Shown one piece after another: positions 1-8,799 of a stretch of 51,765 nucleotides of DNA. Position 1 is the first letter of the stretch; each line of letters opens with the position of its first letter. The notes below the pieces were generated by a model. That model was not told the DNA's origin. It saw nothing but the letters and a program-made list of their open reading frames with translations, and did not search any database. The position numbers were made by a program, and so were the translations under genes. Origin of the DNA: a virus (taxonomy: Duplodnaviria; Caudoviricetes); the IMG/VR virus record IMGVR_UViG_3300010376_000043, positions 1 to 51,765 of that record, one strand, 5' to 3'.

Positions 1-21
1 AAAAAAAAAAAAAAAAAAAAA
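1..21 (+). repeat. Poly-A homopolymer (at least 21 nt), probably the same tract as 51421-51441 (circular junction)
   Basis: Seen directly at both ends; true length uncertain. Confidence 0.8.
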
Positions 22-123
22 TCAGATCTCCAGGGGGCCTGAGTAGGGGGGTCCAAAAAAGCCAACAAGCCAATGAGCCTATAAGCACATGTCGGATCAG
101 CGAAGATAAATATTCCGAGTCAA

Positions 124-147
124 GGCCCGTGAAGGCCTTTCAGGGCC
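124..147. other. GC-rich imperfect hairpin upstream of the rightward promoter
   Basis: GGCCC(G)TGAA-ggcct-TTCAGGGCC is self-complementary and lies between the two AAGATAAA boxes. Confidence 0.5.
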
Positions 148-167
148 GGTCGGGCAAGATAAATGTG

Positions 168-196
168 TTGACTTTTTGGTCTTTTTGTGGTATAAT
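168..196 (+). promoter_or_regulatory. Sigma70-type promoter for the early/replication operon
   Basis: TTGACT (168-173), 17-nt spacer, TATAAT (191-196). GGAG RBS and ATG at 239 follow. Confidence 0.85.
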
Positions 197-238
197 AGAG
201 ATCTACAATGGGCAAATACCACCAGGACGGAGCCGAAC

Positions 239-649
239 ATGCAAGAGTTATACAATTGTAAAACAGAAAACGGTGAATACCGAATCACCAAGTTTGATAG
301 TGATCTCAACCCAATCAATCACAAGAGTGGGCCATCGAGTTATTTGGTCAGCCTAAACGGTTGTGAATGTCCCCAGGGCCACAAGGCCTCATGCCGACAT
401 CGCAAGATGTTGGAGATATTTGAGAGTGAGGAACATATTAACGATGGATATTTTTTCATCTGGAACACTCACCAATGGATCAAACCCACCGGCATTTTTG
501 CCAATGAGGAGATCCAGCCTCTGCACGTAACCCCAGATCCATTCTTAGAGGGTGACGAAGCGCCGGAACTACCAGCCTCTCCGCCTGCTGCGTCCGCAAG
601 TGCGCCACCGTCCGCGCAGCCCTCGCCCAGACCTTACAGGAGGTATTGA
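239..649 (+). CDS. SWIM-type zinc-finger protein with Pro-rich tail ending RRY
   Basis: CECPQGHKASCRH matches CxC-x(n)-CxH. Start moved to ATG 239 because of the RBS at 229-232. Confidence 0.7.
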   Translation: MQELYNCKTENGEYRITKFDSDLNPINHKSGPSSYLVSLNGCECPQGHKASCRHRKMLEIFESEEHINDGYFFIWNTHQWIKPTGIFANEEIQPLHVTPDPFLEGDEAPELPASPPAASASAPPSAQPSPRPYRRY

Positions 650-987
650 TGACAACTCTTGCGCCAAAACCAGAATGGGCACCAGCGATTTGGACTAACA
701 AGCGCGGTGACGCCTTTATACAATTCACCGATGGCAACGTGATCCGCTTTGACAAGACTGAAGGGGGCTTGGCTAAGGTGCTTAAGCTCTGCCCTTGCGT
801 CGAGGATCAGCCTGGATACGTGACCGGCAGGAGCAACCTGTCCGATCACAAACTAAAGAAACCAATCAAGATGTCGAAAGCGACTGAGCGCAAGCGGATG
901 TTACAAAACGCGCCTGAGGAACGCCGAAGCAAACTCGCGGATCTAATCAGCCGTAGGCGAGAGCTAATCAAAGAGGAAAAGAAATGA
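646..987 (+). CDS. Hypothetical protein
   Basis: Coupled to the upstream stop (AGGAGGTATTGATG) and to the next gene. Confidence 0.7.
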   Translation: MMTTLAPKPEWAPAIWTNKRGDAFIQFTDGNVIRFDKTEGGLAKVLKLCPCVEDQPGYVTGRSNLSDHKLKKPIKMSKATERKRMLQNAPEERRSKLADLISRRRELIKEEKK

Positions 988-1301
988 CCAACCCCGAACC
1001 AGTTAGAACGTCTTTAATCCAAGGCGTTATCAACGAGATCAACTTGAGCGCCTCACACAAACAGCGCGCGATCGACCTGCTTGGCGATCTTAGGGCCTGG
1101 CTAGATAACTCACTTCAGCGGGATATCGCGTTCCACGATAGGCTAGTTCAGGCTGTTGATGACAATGCTCCCCAGATAGACACAACGATAATGGAAAGCG
1201 ATATCAAGAAAATAGCCGCAACGTATGGAGCTGGCAATGGCCAAACTCAAGAAAGCCAAAGCGGACAAAAGCATTCGATACCAGAACCACCCGCAAGGTA
1301 G
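984..1301 (+). CDS. Hypothetical protein
   Basis: ATGA overlap with the upstream gene; GAGG RBS. Confidence 0.6.
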   Translation: MTNPEPVRTSLIQGVINEINLSASHKQRAIDLLGDLRAWLDNSLQRDIAFHDRLVQAVDDNAPQIDTTIMESDIKKIAATYGAGNGQTQESQSGQKHSIPEPPAR

Positions 1302-1410
1302 CGAGCGTTGTGGGCTTTGTACGATGTATCGATCACCAAACGAATGCACCGACGTCGCGGGGTTTATTCGACCGAATGGCTGGTGCAAGATCTTTGCGAG
1401 GAAGAAATGA
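1237..1410 (+). CDS. High-potential iron-sulfur protein (HiPIP)-like, no export signal
   Basis: YQNHPQGSERCGLCTMYRSPNECTDVAGFIRPNGWCKIF gives YQ..P...CxxC...C..V.G.I.P.GWC, the HiPIP four-Cys pattern. GGAG RBS at 1227-1230. Confidence 0.8.
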   Translation: MAKLKKAKADKSIRYQNHPQGSERCGLCTMYRSPNECTDVAGFIRPNGWCKIFARKK

Positions 1411-1562
1411 TCCATTTCGCAACCTACGGCATTGTATTTTTGCTGGGGATTATCCTTGGCGGCATCATTGTATTGTTGCCCGAAGTTCTAGCCGAACCCA
1501 AGCCACGAGATCTATTAAGAAAGGAAAAAGATGTCCGCGCATTGGAGGAAGGAAAATGCTAG
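1407..1562 (+). CDS. Small single-pass membrane protein
   Basis: MIHFATYGIVFLLGIILGGIIVLLP hydrophobic stretch; ATGA overlap with the HiPIP stop. Confidence 0.65.
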   Translation: MIHFATYGIVFLLGIILGGIIVLLPEVLAEPKPRDLLRKEKDVRALEEGKC

Positions 1563-1960
1563 GCAAACCTACACTTTATGACAAATACGGCGCGTTTCTA
1601 GAGCAACAAATCTCTTTTCAAAGATGGCGCGCCACAGACAACGGCAACCAAGGCAAATCTACCGAGGCGAACCATTGCGCACAACGCGCCAACACATTCG
1701 AGGAACTGCTCAATGATCTTAGACAACTCCAGACCGAAGCAGCACCTCGTAAGGAAGACCGCTTTTCTGCCCACCCAACCCACAAAAAACTGATCCTTGA
1801 CCTTCTTGAAGCGCATGAAGGCGAGAGGACGATAGCACAAATTGCCCAGTACGCTAAAGAGATTGGCCACAATCCTAGATCTATGCAGCAGATGGCAATG
1901 AGGATGGTGCGTAATGGTGAATTGTCACGCACTGGGGAGCTGTTGGAGTTGGTGGAATGA
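1556..1960 (+). CDS. Hypothetical protein with possible C-terminal winged-HTH
   Basis: GGAGG/AAGG RBS before ATG 1556. The C-terminal ILDLLEAHEGERTIAQIAQY...MRMVRNGELSR has a wHTH-like pattern. Confidence 0.6.
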   Translation: MLGKPTLYDKYGAFLEQQISFQRWRATDNGNQGKSTEANHCAQRANTFEELLNDLRQLQTEAAPRKEDRFSAHPTHKKLILDLLEAHEGERTIAQIAQYAKEIGHNPRSMQQMAMRMVRNGELSRTGELLELVE

Positions 1961-2130
1961 TGACGCGAAAGCAAAAACTACTTAAACGAATCCACCAACT
2001 GGCTAAGCCGTCACCATGGAGTTGGGCCGACCGCGACACGGTGGTCGAGATACTCGAAACGCTCGTCGAAGAGGTTTTCAGGGACGAACAGGAGTCAGCT
2101 AATGAACGATCTTTATCTAATCCTGCATAA
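1957..2130 (+). CDS. Small hypothetical protein (57 aa, not in ORF track)
   Basis: MMTRKQKLLKRIHQLAKPSPWSWADRDTVVEILETLVEEVF...; ATGA overlap, fills the operon gap. Confidence 0.6.
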   Translation: MMTRKQKLLKRIHQLAKPSPWSWADRDTVVEILETLVEEVFRDEQESANERSLSNPA

Positions 2131-2395
2131 AGTCCGTGGTGAACCTGCATTCGACGTTGCACAAAAGATCGTGATCGGAGGCGAGGAAGGCTGGATCATT
2201 CCAACCTCAGGCCATCGAGCGTACCCGAGCCAATGGTTTGAGCTGGGTATAATTCTACCAATGTTTCAGGGCTACGAGATAGACCCCAATCTCCCCGACC
2301 ACTACGACGTCAAACGCGATGAAACCCCAATGATCGACCAGATGCGCGCAGCGCTTGGCTTTAAATCCAAACCCAAAGTCCCCAGGAGATATTGA
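2102..2395 (+). CDS. Hypothetical protein ending RRY
   Basis: AGGAG RBS; operon continuity. Confidence 0.75.
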   Translation: MNDLYLILHKVRGEPAFDVAQKIVIGGEEGWIIPTSGHRAYPSQWFELGIILPMFQGYEIDPNLPDHYDVKRDETPMIDQMRAALGFKSKPKVPRRY

Positions 2396-2616
2396 TGTAT
2401 TATGAAACACATGGAGGCCACTTTAGTCGAGGCGATAGCATCACCAAAGGCACTGAGCACCTTCGCCTAGCCGCTGAGCAATTCATGATGGTTGGCCATC
2501 ACGACAAAGCTGAAGGCGACATGGAACTAGGCAAGCAGTGGCTAAAAGTCGCTGCGAGCCTAGAGCATATAGCGAAGCTGGCCATCGAAATGGCCACTCA
2601 AAGCAGGGTCCAATGA
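2392..2616 (+). CDS. Hypothetical helical protein
   Basis: Translationally coupled at both ends. Confidence 0.7.
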   Translation: MMYYETHGGHFSRGDSITKGTEHLRLAAEQFMMVGHHDKAEGDMELGKQWLKVAASLEHIAKLAIEMATQSRVQ

Positions 2617-4067
2617 CACCAACCACCCAACAAGAACATATCCTCGATCTTGTCGAGAACTCTAGGGAGAACCTGATGATTGAAGCCGGTCCCGGCACCG
2701 GCAAGACACGAACCCTCCGCTTGATCGATGAAGCAATCGCAGCACGATATGAAGTACTATATCTCGCTTTTAACAAACGCATCGTACAAGAAGCAATGGA
2801 GCCCGATGACGACGGAAGCCCGAAATTTAATGAGACTACGGAGATCCGTACGATCAATGGAGCGGGTTATCGCGCATGGAGGGAAACCGCCGCAGGTAGA
2901 CTTACAGTTGATACTAAAAAGACCCTTAACATTTTCAGAGCTATTATCGTCACACTTTCTAAGGAACAACAAGATGAAGCCTGGATCGACTACCAACTCA
3001 TTAAGGACTCGGTTGGAAGGGCTAAGGCATATGGCTACATCCCAGATAACACCGAGGCCAGACCCCTCTACCCACGCCTTATTGAGCCCGACGTTTTCTT
3101 CGACAGTCTTGAAGAAAAACCGTCAAGGCTCGCGCAAGCGCTCATCGATGACATCCTCAGGCAAAGCATCAAACTCTCGTACGCCGGGAGCATTGACTTT
3201 GACGATCAGCTATACATGCCCGTATTGTTCGGGGGTTCATTCCAGGCGTATCCCCTTGTCCTCATCGACGAAGCACAGGATCTCTCGCCCATCAATCATG
3301 CGATGCTCGAAAGGTTCATCGAGAAGGGCAGTCGTCTTATTGCAGTTGGTGACCCTTGGCAAAGTATCTATGCTTTTCGTGGAGCGGTTCAAGAAGGGAT
3401 GAACCAGATCAAAGACAAATTTGATTGCACCGTCGCTGACCTGTCGGTCAGCTTTCGCTGTCCTTCTGAGATCGTCAAGCGCGCACAGTGGCGCAACCCG
3501 AAGCTAACATGGAGCAGAGAGGGTGGAGAGGTACTGGCTCTTAATAGCCTACATATCGATGATATTCCCGATGACGCTACAATTATCTGTCGCAATAATG
3601 CGCCCTTATTCTCCCTGGCCCTACGTCTCCTTGCTGGTAAGCGTGGCGTTATGGTTACTGGTACTGACATTGGGGTTAAAATTATTAACATTATGAACAA
3701 GCTGGGCCCCGACACAATGAAGCAGGAGAAAGTGCTTGATGCCATCGAGGCTTGGCGGATGGAAAAACTTTCGGTCCAATCAACCACCGCGAACGACACA
3801 GCAGATTGCATGCGCGTCTTTGCCTGCTTCGGCAAAACGCTCTCGGAAGCTACCGGATATGCTGAGTTCTTATTCAAGCAGCGGGGTGCTATTACGCTCA
3901 CTACAGGGCACAAGGCGAAAGGATTGGAATGGGACGAGGTATATCACATGGACCCTTTCCTTATCCGTGTTGATAAGGAAGAACAGGAAAAGAATCTGAG
4001 CTATGTGGTCACCACTCGATCTGCGGACAAGCTGTACGAGATCGAAAGCAAGGACATAGTATCATGA
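2613..4067 (+). CDS. UvrD/Rep-like superfamily 1 DNA helicase
   Basis: Walker A AGPGTGKT, LAFNK, IDEAQD, VGDPWQSIYAFRGA, SFRCP, TGHKAKGLEW, YVVTTRS. Confidence 0.93.
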   Translation: MTPTTQQEHILDLVENSRENLMIEAGPGTGKTRTLRLIDEAIAARYEVLYLAFNKRIVQEAMEPDDDGSPKFNETTEIRTINGAGYRAWRETAAGRLTVDTKKTLNIFRAIIVTLSKEQQDEAWIDYQLIKDSVGRAKAYGYIPDNTEARPLYPRLIEPDVFFDSLEEKPSRLAQALIDDILRQSIKLSYAGSIDFDDQLYMPVLFGGSFQAYPLVLIDEAQDLSPINHAMLERFIEKGSRLIAVGDPWQSIYAFRGAVQEGMNQIKDKFDCTVADLSVSFRCPSEIVKRAQWRNPKLTWSREGGEVLALNSLHIDDIPDDATIICRNNAPLFSLALRLLAGKRGVMVTGTDIGVKIINIMNKLGPDTMKQEKVLDAIEAWRMEKLSVQSTTANDTADCMRVFACFGKTLSEATGYAEFLFKQRGAITLTTGHKAKGLEWDEVYHMDPFLIRVDKEEQEKNLSYVVTTRSADKLYEIESKDIVS

Positions 4068-4429
4068 GCCTAAACAACTCCAGGCTGGCATATGAGGACT
4101 GTTACGATATCTTGGACAAGGCCCTAGAGATCGACGGCGGGGTGAGGGTGGAATTTGATAACGAGGAAGATGCCACGTTTCATCGAATGAGACTGAATCA
4201 AGCTAGGCAGCTAGATCGCACCTTCAACAGAGACAGATACCCTAATCCAGAGCACCCAAAGCACCGCCGAAGCGACTATGATGGGCTGATGTTTCGGGTG
4301 CGCAAGAGAGAGGAGAAATGGTGGATTTACGTCGAGCGTAAGGCAATAATGGGAGCAGTGGAAGAGATCAAGAAACAGAACAAAACCGAGAAACCGATCC
4401 GCGAAGTTGTTACTTATCGGAGGTATTGA
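4064..4429 (+). CDS. Hypothetical protein ending RRY
   Basis: ATGA overlap with the helicase stop; AAGGA RBS. Confidence 0.8.
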   Translation: MSLNNSRLAYEDCYDILDKALEIDGGVRVEFDNEEDATFHRMRLNQARQLDRTFNRDRYPNPEHPKHRRSDYDGLMFRVRKREEKWWIYVERKAIMGAVEEIKKQNKTEKPIREVVTYRRY

Positions 4430-4692
4430 TGACCGGAAGGAAGCCCAAGCTAGACCAGAAACAGCGTGATGCTCTCATTTGGGATTACCGCCGTCGAGTA
4501 CCGATAAAGGAGATTGCTTTTAAATACAAGGTCAGCGTCAACACCATATGCAGAATAGCAAAGGCAGAAGGACTATGCCGACATTGGAAGGCGACCCTCT
4601 CACAAAAATCACGCTTAACCTCTACACCAGTGACGTTGCCGTCCTTAAGTCTGTGGTTGGGGAAGGATACACCGTCAAGATCAGAGAAGTAA
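4426..4692 (+). CDS. Helix-turn-helix DNA-binding protein (resolvase/Hin-type HTH)
   Basis: GRKPKL...VPIKEIAFKYKVSVNTICRIAK. Confidence 0.7.
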   Translation: MMTGRKPKLDQKQRDALIWDYRRRVPIKEIAFKYKVSVNTICRIAKAEGLCRHWKATLSQKSRLTSTPVTLPSLSLWLGKDTPSRSEK

Positions 4693-4775
4693 TCCACTCC
4701 TACTGCCGCACCGTCAAACAGCACCAGAAGGCGAGAGAAAGGTTCAAGGGATGCCTAACACGATCGACGAACTAA
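4575..4775 (+). CDS. Possible ribbon-helix-helix (CopG/BrnA-like) DNA-binding protein
   Basis: KITLNLYTSDVAVLKS...GYTVKIREVIHSY beta-alpha-alpha pattern; GAAGGA RBS; overlaps the HTH ORF. Confidence 0.5.
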   Translation: MPTLEGDPLTKITLNLYTSDVAVLKSVVGEGYTVKIREVIHSYCRTVKQHQKARERFKGCLTRSTN

Positions 4776-4978
4776 TGCATCGTTCAACGCAGCTTCTTAA
4801 GGGACCACAGGATAAGGCCATTGACGAGATCATAGAATATATGCGACTCGACCGCGCAAGGGCAGATAGTGGCAAGAAGGCCAAACGCAGTGAGGTGTCA
4901 GAGGATATCAGTCCGAGACTTAGGGAAGCGGTTCTAAAAAGAGTAGCAAACAAACCAAAACCGTTTAGGAGATACTGA
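4751..4978 (+). CDS. Hypothetical basic protein ending RRY
   Basis: Operon continuity; coupled to the next gene. Confidence 0.7.
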   Translation: MPNTIDELMHRSTQLLKGPQDKAIDEIIEYMRLDRARADSGKKAKRSEVSEDISPRLREAVLKRVANKPKPFRRY

Positions 4979-5169
4979 TGAACTGGAAAAAACTCGCGTT
5001 CATGCTTGAGCTAGAGGCAAGGAGAATTGAGACACAAACTTTTCCTTCCAATCCCTCAGAAAGGATTAAAAGCATCGTCGTTGCTGGCCTATCCGCAAGC
5101 TACATTCTTGGCGGACTGGCGAAGTGCATAAGGCTTGCTAATGAGGTGGAAGATGGAAGCCAAAGTTGA
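4978..5169 (+). CDS. Hypothetical protein
   Basis: TGATG overlap; AGGAG RBS. Confidence 0.6.
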   Translation: MNWKKLAFMLELEARRIETQTFPSNPSERIKSIVVAGLSASYILGGLAKCIRLANEVEDGSQS

Positions 5170-6127
5170 AATCTCGCCCTTCTTGCCAGGGACCAAGGTT
5201 CAGTTCGCATGGGATAGCACAGGACTTGGCTACGCCAAACGCTGTTGGAAACTTTACGAACTCGCGATCTTGGAAGGTTGGGAGACACCAGAGGAGTCGG
5301 TTCATCTGCGCTTTGGGATCGAGTATCACGCCACGCTCGCCGATTACCAACACCAAAGGGCAGAAGGGAACGACCACAATGATAGCCTTCGCAATGTTGT
5401 CCGTAATCTTCTCGTTCGTATTTCTGACTGGGACCCTGATCGTACTACTAAGGCCGCTACGACCAAGAACCCAGAAACGCTTCTACGGACTGTCATCTGG
5501 TATCTCGACGAGTATCAAGACGACGTCGCAAAGACGGTGATCTGGTCCGACGGCACGCCAGCGGTTGAGCAATCATTCCGATTTGAACTTGATTGGGGAC
5601 CAGAGACAGCGCGCAATGAGCGTGGGCAGTGGACGCCGAATCAACCCTACATCCTCTGCGGCCACTTGGATCAGATTGTGGATTATCAAGGTGAGCGGTT
5701 TGTAATGGATCACAAGACTACCGGTAGGCCGCTTACGTCTTATTACTTCGATATGTACGAGCCAGACAATCAAATGTCGCTTTATTCCCTGGCATCGCAA
5801 GTCGTTCTTCACTCTCCTGTCAAAGGGGTAATCATCAATGCGACACAGATCGGGGTTGGTTTCAGTAGGTTTGCTAGAGGGTTCACCTTTAGAGTTGCGG
5901 ATCAGCTTAAAGAGTGGGTCGATGACCTACGATTCTGGCTCCGCGCAGCTGAACAGCGCGCTCTGGAAGGTTATTGGCCCCACAACGATACCGCGTGCGA
6001 TAAGTATGGTGGCTGCAAGTTTAGAGAGGTCTGCTCGAAAAGCCCAAAGGTTAGAGAAAGGTTCCTCAAAGCCAACTACATCCAGCTCCCGGAGAAAGAA
6101 AGATGGAATCCTTTAAGGACAAGGTGA
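5153..6127 (+). CDS. PD-(D/E)xK exonuclease, Cas4/RecB(AddB)-like, probable 4Fe-4S cluster
   Basis: FGIEYH, VEQSF, GHLDQI, MDHKTT, QMSLY. An N-terminal Cys (KRCW) plus the C-terminal CDKYGGCKFREVC give four Cys. Confidence 0.88.
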   Translation: MEAKVEISPFLPGTKVQFAWDSTGLGYAKRCWKLYELAILEGWETPEESVHLRFGIEYHATLADYQHQRAEGNDHNDSLRNVVRNLLVRISDWDPDRTTKAATTKNPETLLRTVIWYLDEYQDDVAKTVIWSDGTPAVEQSFRFELDWGPETARNERGQWTPNQPYILCGHLDQIVDYQGERFVMDHKTTGRPLTSYYFDMYEPDNQMSLYSLASQVVLHSPVKGVIINATQIGVGFSRFARGFTFRVADQLKEWVDDLRFWLRAAEQRALEGYWPHNDTACDKYGGCKFREVCSKSPKVRERFLKANYIQLPEKERWNPLRTR

Positions 6128-6330
6128 GATACAAGATACTTCTAGATACGTGTCAGATAACCTGGGTCGAATATGGCGAGCTAGGCTGTAAGTTTAACGC
6201 CATATCTCCAAAGGGTATGATTGTGAAAGCAGACCTTTCCTTCCGCCCAGACGCCAAGATCGGAGATCTAATCCCTATTTACACGGAGCTACTCGCACAT
6301 GACCAACCTGGCCCACCATCAATCCAATGA
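6103..6330 (+). CDS. Hypothetical protein
   Basis: Fills the gap between nuclease and ATPase; start may be GTG 6124. Confidence 0.55.
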   Translation: MESFKDKVRYKILLDTCQITWVEYGELGCKFNAISPKGMIVKADLSFRPDAKIGDLIPIYTELLAHDQPGPPSIQ

Positions 6331-7111
6331 GTACGTCAAACTCTGCCTAATCGGCCATTCAAAAGCAGGCAAGACCGGCTCGATGGCCCCGCTTGCTTGC
6401 GATGGCTACAACCTTCGAGTAATGGATATGGACAATGGACTCGATCCACTCAAAACCTTCGTCGCCAAAACCTGCCCAGGTAGACTTGACTCAGTTGAGT
6501 TCCGCACGCTCAGAGATAGATATAAAGCTACAGCCCTCGGACCTGTCATTGCTGGTCAACCCAAGGCTTTCGTGGAGGCTATTAAGCTGCTTGACCATTG
6601 GAGATATGACGACGTTGACCTTGGCCAGCCAGCTGAATGGGGACCTGACTGCATCCTTGTTATTGACTCTCTCACCCTCCTTGCAGACGCGGCTTTCGCT
6701 TGGGCCGAGCCATTATCCTCAAGAGATCAGCGGGCAGTCTACGGCACAGCGCAGAAAGCGCTTGAAAAAACTCTTGCGCTCATCACGAGCGATGACTTCA
6801 AAACAAATGTGATTGTGACATCACATGTGAGATATATCGACCTTGAGGATGGAAAGAGGAAGGGCTTCCCAACCGCGATCGGCGAGGCGCTATCGCCCAA
6901 GATCCCAAGGTATTTCAATTCCGTCGCACTATGCGAGGTAATATCAGGAGGAAAACGCACGATCCAGACAGCAGCAACAGCAACCATCGACCTAGCAAAC
7001 CCAAAACCATTTGAAATGGAACCGAGGTACCCCATAGAGACAGGATTAAGAGACTTCTTTCGAGTCCTACGCGACCCACCCAAAGCACAACCCAAACTCA
7101 GGAGAGCCTAA
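6299..7111 (+). CDS. AAA_24/Sak4-like P-loop ATPase (ssDNA annealing/recombination)
   Basis: GHSKAGKT Walker A, LVIDSLT Walker B, VIVTSH; sits between the exonuclease and the SSB-like gene. Confidence 0.8.
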   Translation: MTNLAHHQSNEYVKLCLIGHSKAGKTGSMAPLACDGYNLRVMDMDNGLDPLKTFVAKTCPGRLDSVEFRTLRDRYKATALGPVIAGQPKAFVEAIKLLDHWRYDDVDLGQPAEWGPDCILVIDSLTLLADAAFAWAEPLSSRDQRAVYGTAQKALEKTLALITSDDFKTNVIVTSHVRYIDLEDGKRKGFPTAIGEALSPKIPRYFNSVALCEVISGGKRTIQTAATATIDLANPKPFEMEPRYPIETGLRDFFRVLRDPPKAQPKLRRA

Positions 7112-7608
7112 TGGCTAATCCAGAATTCGCATCTGTACTAGAACAATCTTTCGATAACATTGAGCGTCCACAGCCGCTGCCCCCTGGGCATTATCTCTGC
7201 GTGATTAGGGATAATGCGATTAGGGACAAGTCCTCGCAAAAGGAAACCCCATATGTCGAGTATCTATTGATCCCCACCCAGGCGCAGCCAGATGTCGATG
7301 AGAAGTGGCTTGCCAAAGTCCTGACTAAGGCCGATGGCACACAAAAGAAACTCAGCGACATGACCATCCGCGCCAGGTTCTGGACCACCGATGACGCGAT
7401 ATGGAGGTTGAAGAAGTTCTTACTCGACGATCTCCAAGTCGAATACAACGGCGAGTCGATCGATCAAACGATTGATACGGCGATTGGTCATCAAGTGGTT
7501 GCGTATCTTAAGCATACCACAAGCAAGAACACCGGAGACGTGTACGCGGAAGTGCGTTCTACTTCGCCAGTTAGTGCGCCAGCGAAGCGCATGGTAGGAA
7601 AGCGCTAA
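7111..7608 (+). CDS. Putative ssDNA-binding protein (DUF669-like)
   Basis: PLPPGHYLCVI...S..ETPYV..., AIWRLKKFL...; typical partner downstream of Sak4. Confidence 0.65.
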   Translation: MANPEFASVLEQSFDNIERPQPLPPGHYLCVIRDNAIRDKSSQKETPYVEYLLIPTQAQPDVDEKWLAKVLTKADGTQKKLSDMTIRARFWTTDDAIWRLKKFLLDDLQVEYNGESIDQTIDTAIGHQVVAYLKHTTSKNTGDVYAEVRSTSPVSAPAKRMVGKR

Positions 7609-7610
7609 TA

Positions 7611-8624
7611 GTGACCGGCATCGTGATAGTGGGTGAGGCTTGGGGCAAGGAGGAAGCTCAGGCGCAATCCCCATTCGTGGGGACCTCTGGTCGTCTCTTG
7701 ACTCGTCTACTTCACGATGCCGGGATCGAACGTTCGTCGTGCTTTTTAACTAACGTGTTCAACCTTCATCCTTACGGAGATGACATAAATGAGTTCTGCG
7801 GCGCTGCCGCTACCGCCATTCCCGGTTACCCAGCCCACCATGGCGCAAGATACATACACAGAAAGCATTCTACCGAACTTCAGCGTCTCAGCAGAGAGAT
7901 TGACCTCCATCGGCCTAACATTTGTATTCTGCTTGGTAACACCGCGATGTGGGCTATGCTTGGTAAGAGTGGCGTCGCCAAGTGGAGAGGAACCACCAAC
8001 CTATCAACTCACACATATGGAGGCGTCAAGTGTCTTTCAACTTACCATCCTGCCGCAGTGGGTAGAGATTGGTCGATGAGGGCGACGGTCGTTTTGGACT
8101 TCAAGAAAGCAAAACGGGAATCAGCTTTTCCTGATGTCCGCTACCCCAAAAGGGAATTGTGGATCGAGCCAACCCTGGAGGATCTTTATGAATTCGAGAA
8201 ACGATATATGCGACTTTGTGACATCATTGCTATCGACATTGAGACGTCTGGAAGTCAGGTTACAATTGTGGGGTTCTCTCCCCAACCAGACGTGGCGCTC
8301 ATTGTACCTTTCTATGACGCCAGAGCAAAGGGGAGAAGTTATTGGGCTACTAATGACGACGAACTGGCAGCTTGGGGATTTGTGCGATCGGTTTTGCAGG
8401 ACGGCAAGAGAAAGAAAGTCTTTCAAAACGGATTGTACGATATTGCCTTTCTCTACAGATCGGTAGGGATTAAGGTGATGGGTGCGGAGCATGATACGAT
8501 GCTGCTGCATCATTCGCTGATGCCGGAGTCCCTGAAGGGGCTTGGGTATCTTGGATCAATTTATACTAATGAAAGGGCTTGGAAATGGATGAGAACAACA
8601 ACGACGATCAAGCAAGATGCGTAA
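7611..8624 (+). CDS. Family-4 uracil-DNA glycosylase-like domain fused to the N-terminal part of a PolA 3'-5' exonuclease
   Basis: UDG motifs VGEAWG, PFVGTSG, LTNV, LLGNTA, TYHPAA; then ExoI DIETS, ExoII QNGLYDIAFL, and HDTMLLHH. Confidence 0.88.
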   Translation: MTGIVIVGEAWGKEEAQAQSPFVGTSGRLLTRLLHDAGIERSSCFLTNVFNLHPYGDDINEFCGAAATAIPGYPAHHGARYIHRKHSTELQRLSREIDLHRPNICILLGNTAMWAMLGKSGVAKWRGTTNLSTHTYGGVKCLSTYHPAAVGRDWSMRATVVLDFKKAKRESAFPDVRYPKRELWIEPTLEDLYEFEKRYMRLCDIIAIDIETSGSQVTIVGFSPQPDVALIVPFYDARAKGRSYWATNDDELAAWGFVRSVLQDGKRKKVFQNGLYDIAFLYRSVGIKVMGAEHDTMLLHHSLMPESLKGLGYLGSIYTNERAWKWMRTTTTIKQDA

Positions 8625-8799
8625 AGGAGTTAATAGATCGAGCATGGAGCGGGCGGAAAACTCCTCATATATCAGGCCAAGATAAGGCGATGGGATGCCG
8701 TCCGCACTGCACACCTACTAGTAGAAGAACCGAGATTTCAAAAGCACCCAAAGATGAAGTATGCCAACCAGATCATCGACTGGGGCGAGGAGCACTGGA

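Noticed and set aside
4426-4775. Lysogeny module (repressor/integrase)
   Set aside because: Only small HTH/RHH-like ORFs inside the replication operon; no recombinase catalytic domain, divergent cI/cro pair or partition genes seen.
5153-6127. CRISPR-associated Cas4
   Set aside because: No cas1/cas2 or array. The context (Sak4-like ATPase, SSB) indicates a phage recombination exonuclease.
8622-8636. Stop-codon reassignment or readthrough joining UDG-exo to the polymerase
   Set aside because: Three stops (TAA, TAA, TAG) occur in a row, the polymerase is in another frame, and all three stop codons end clear genes elsewhere.
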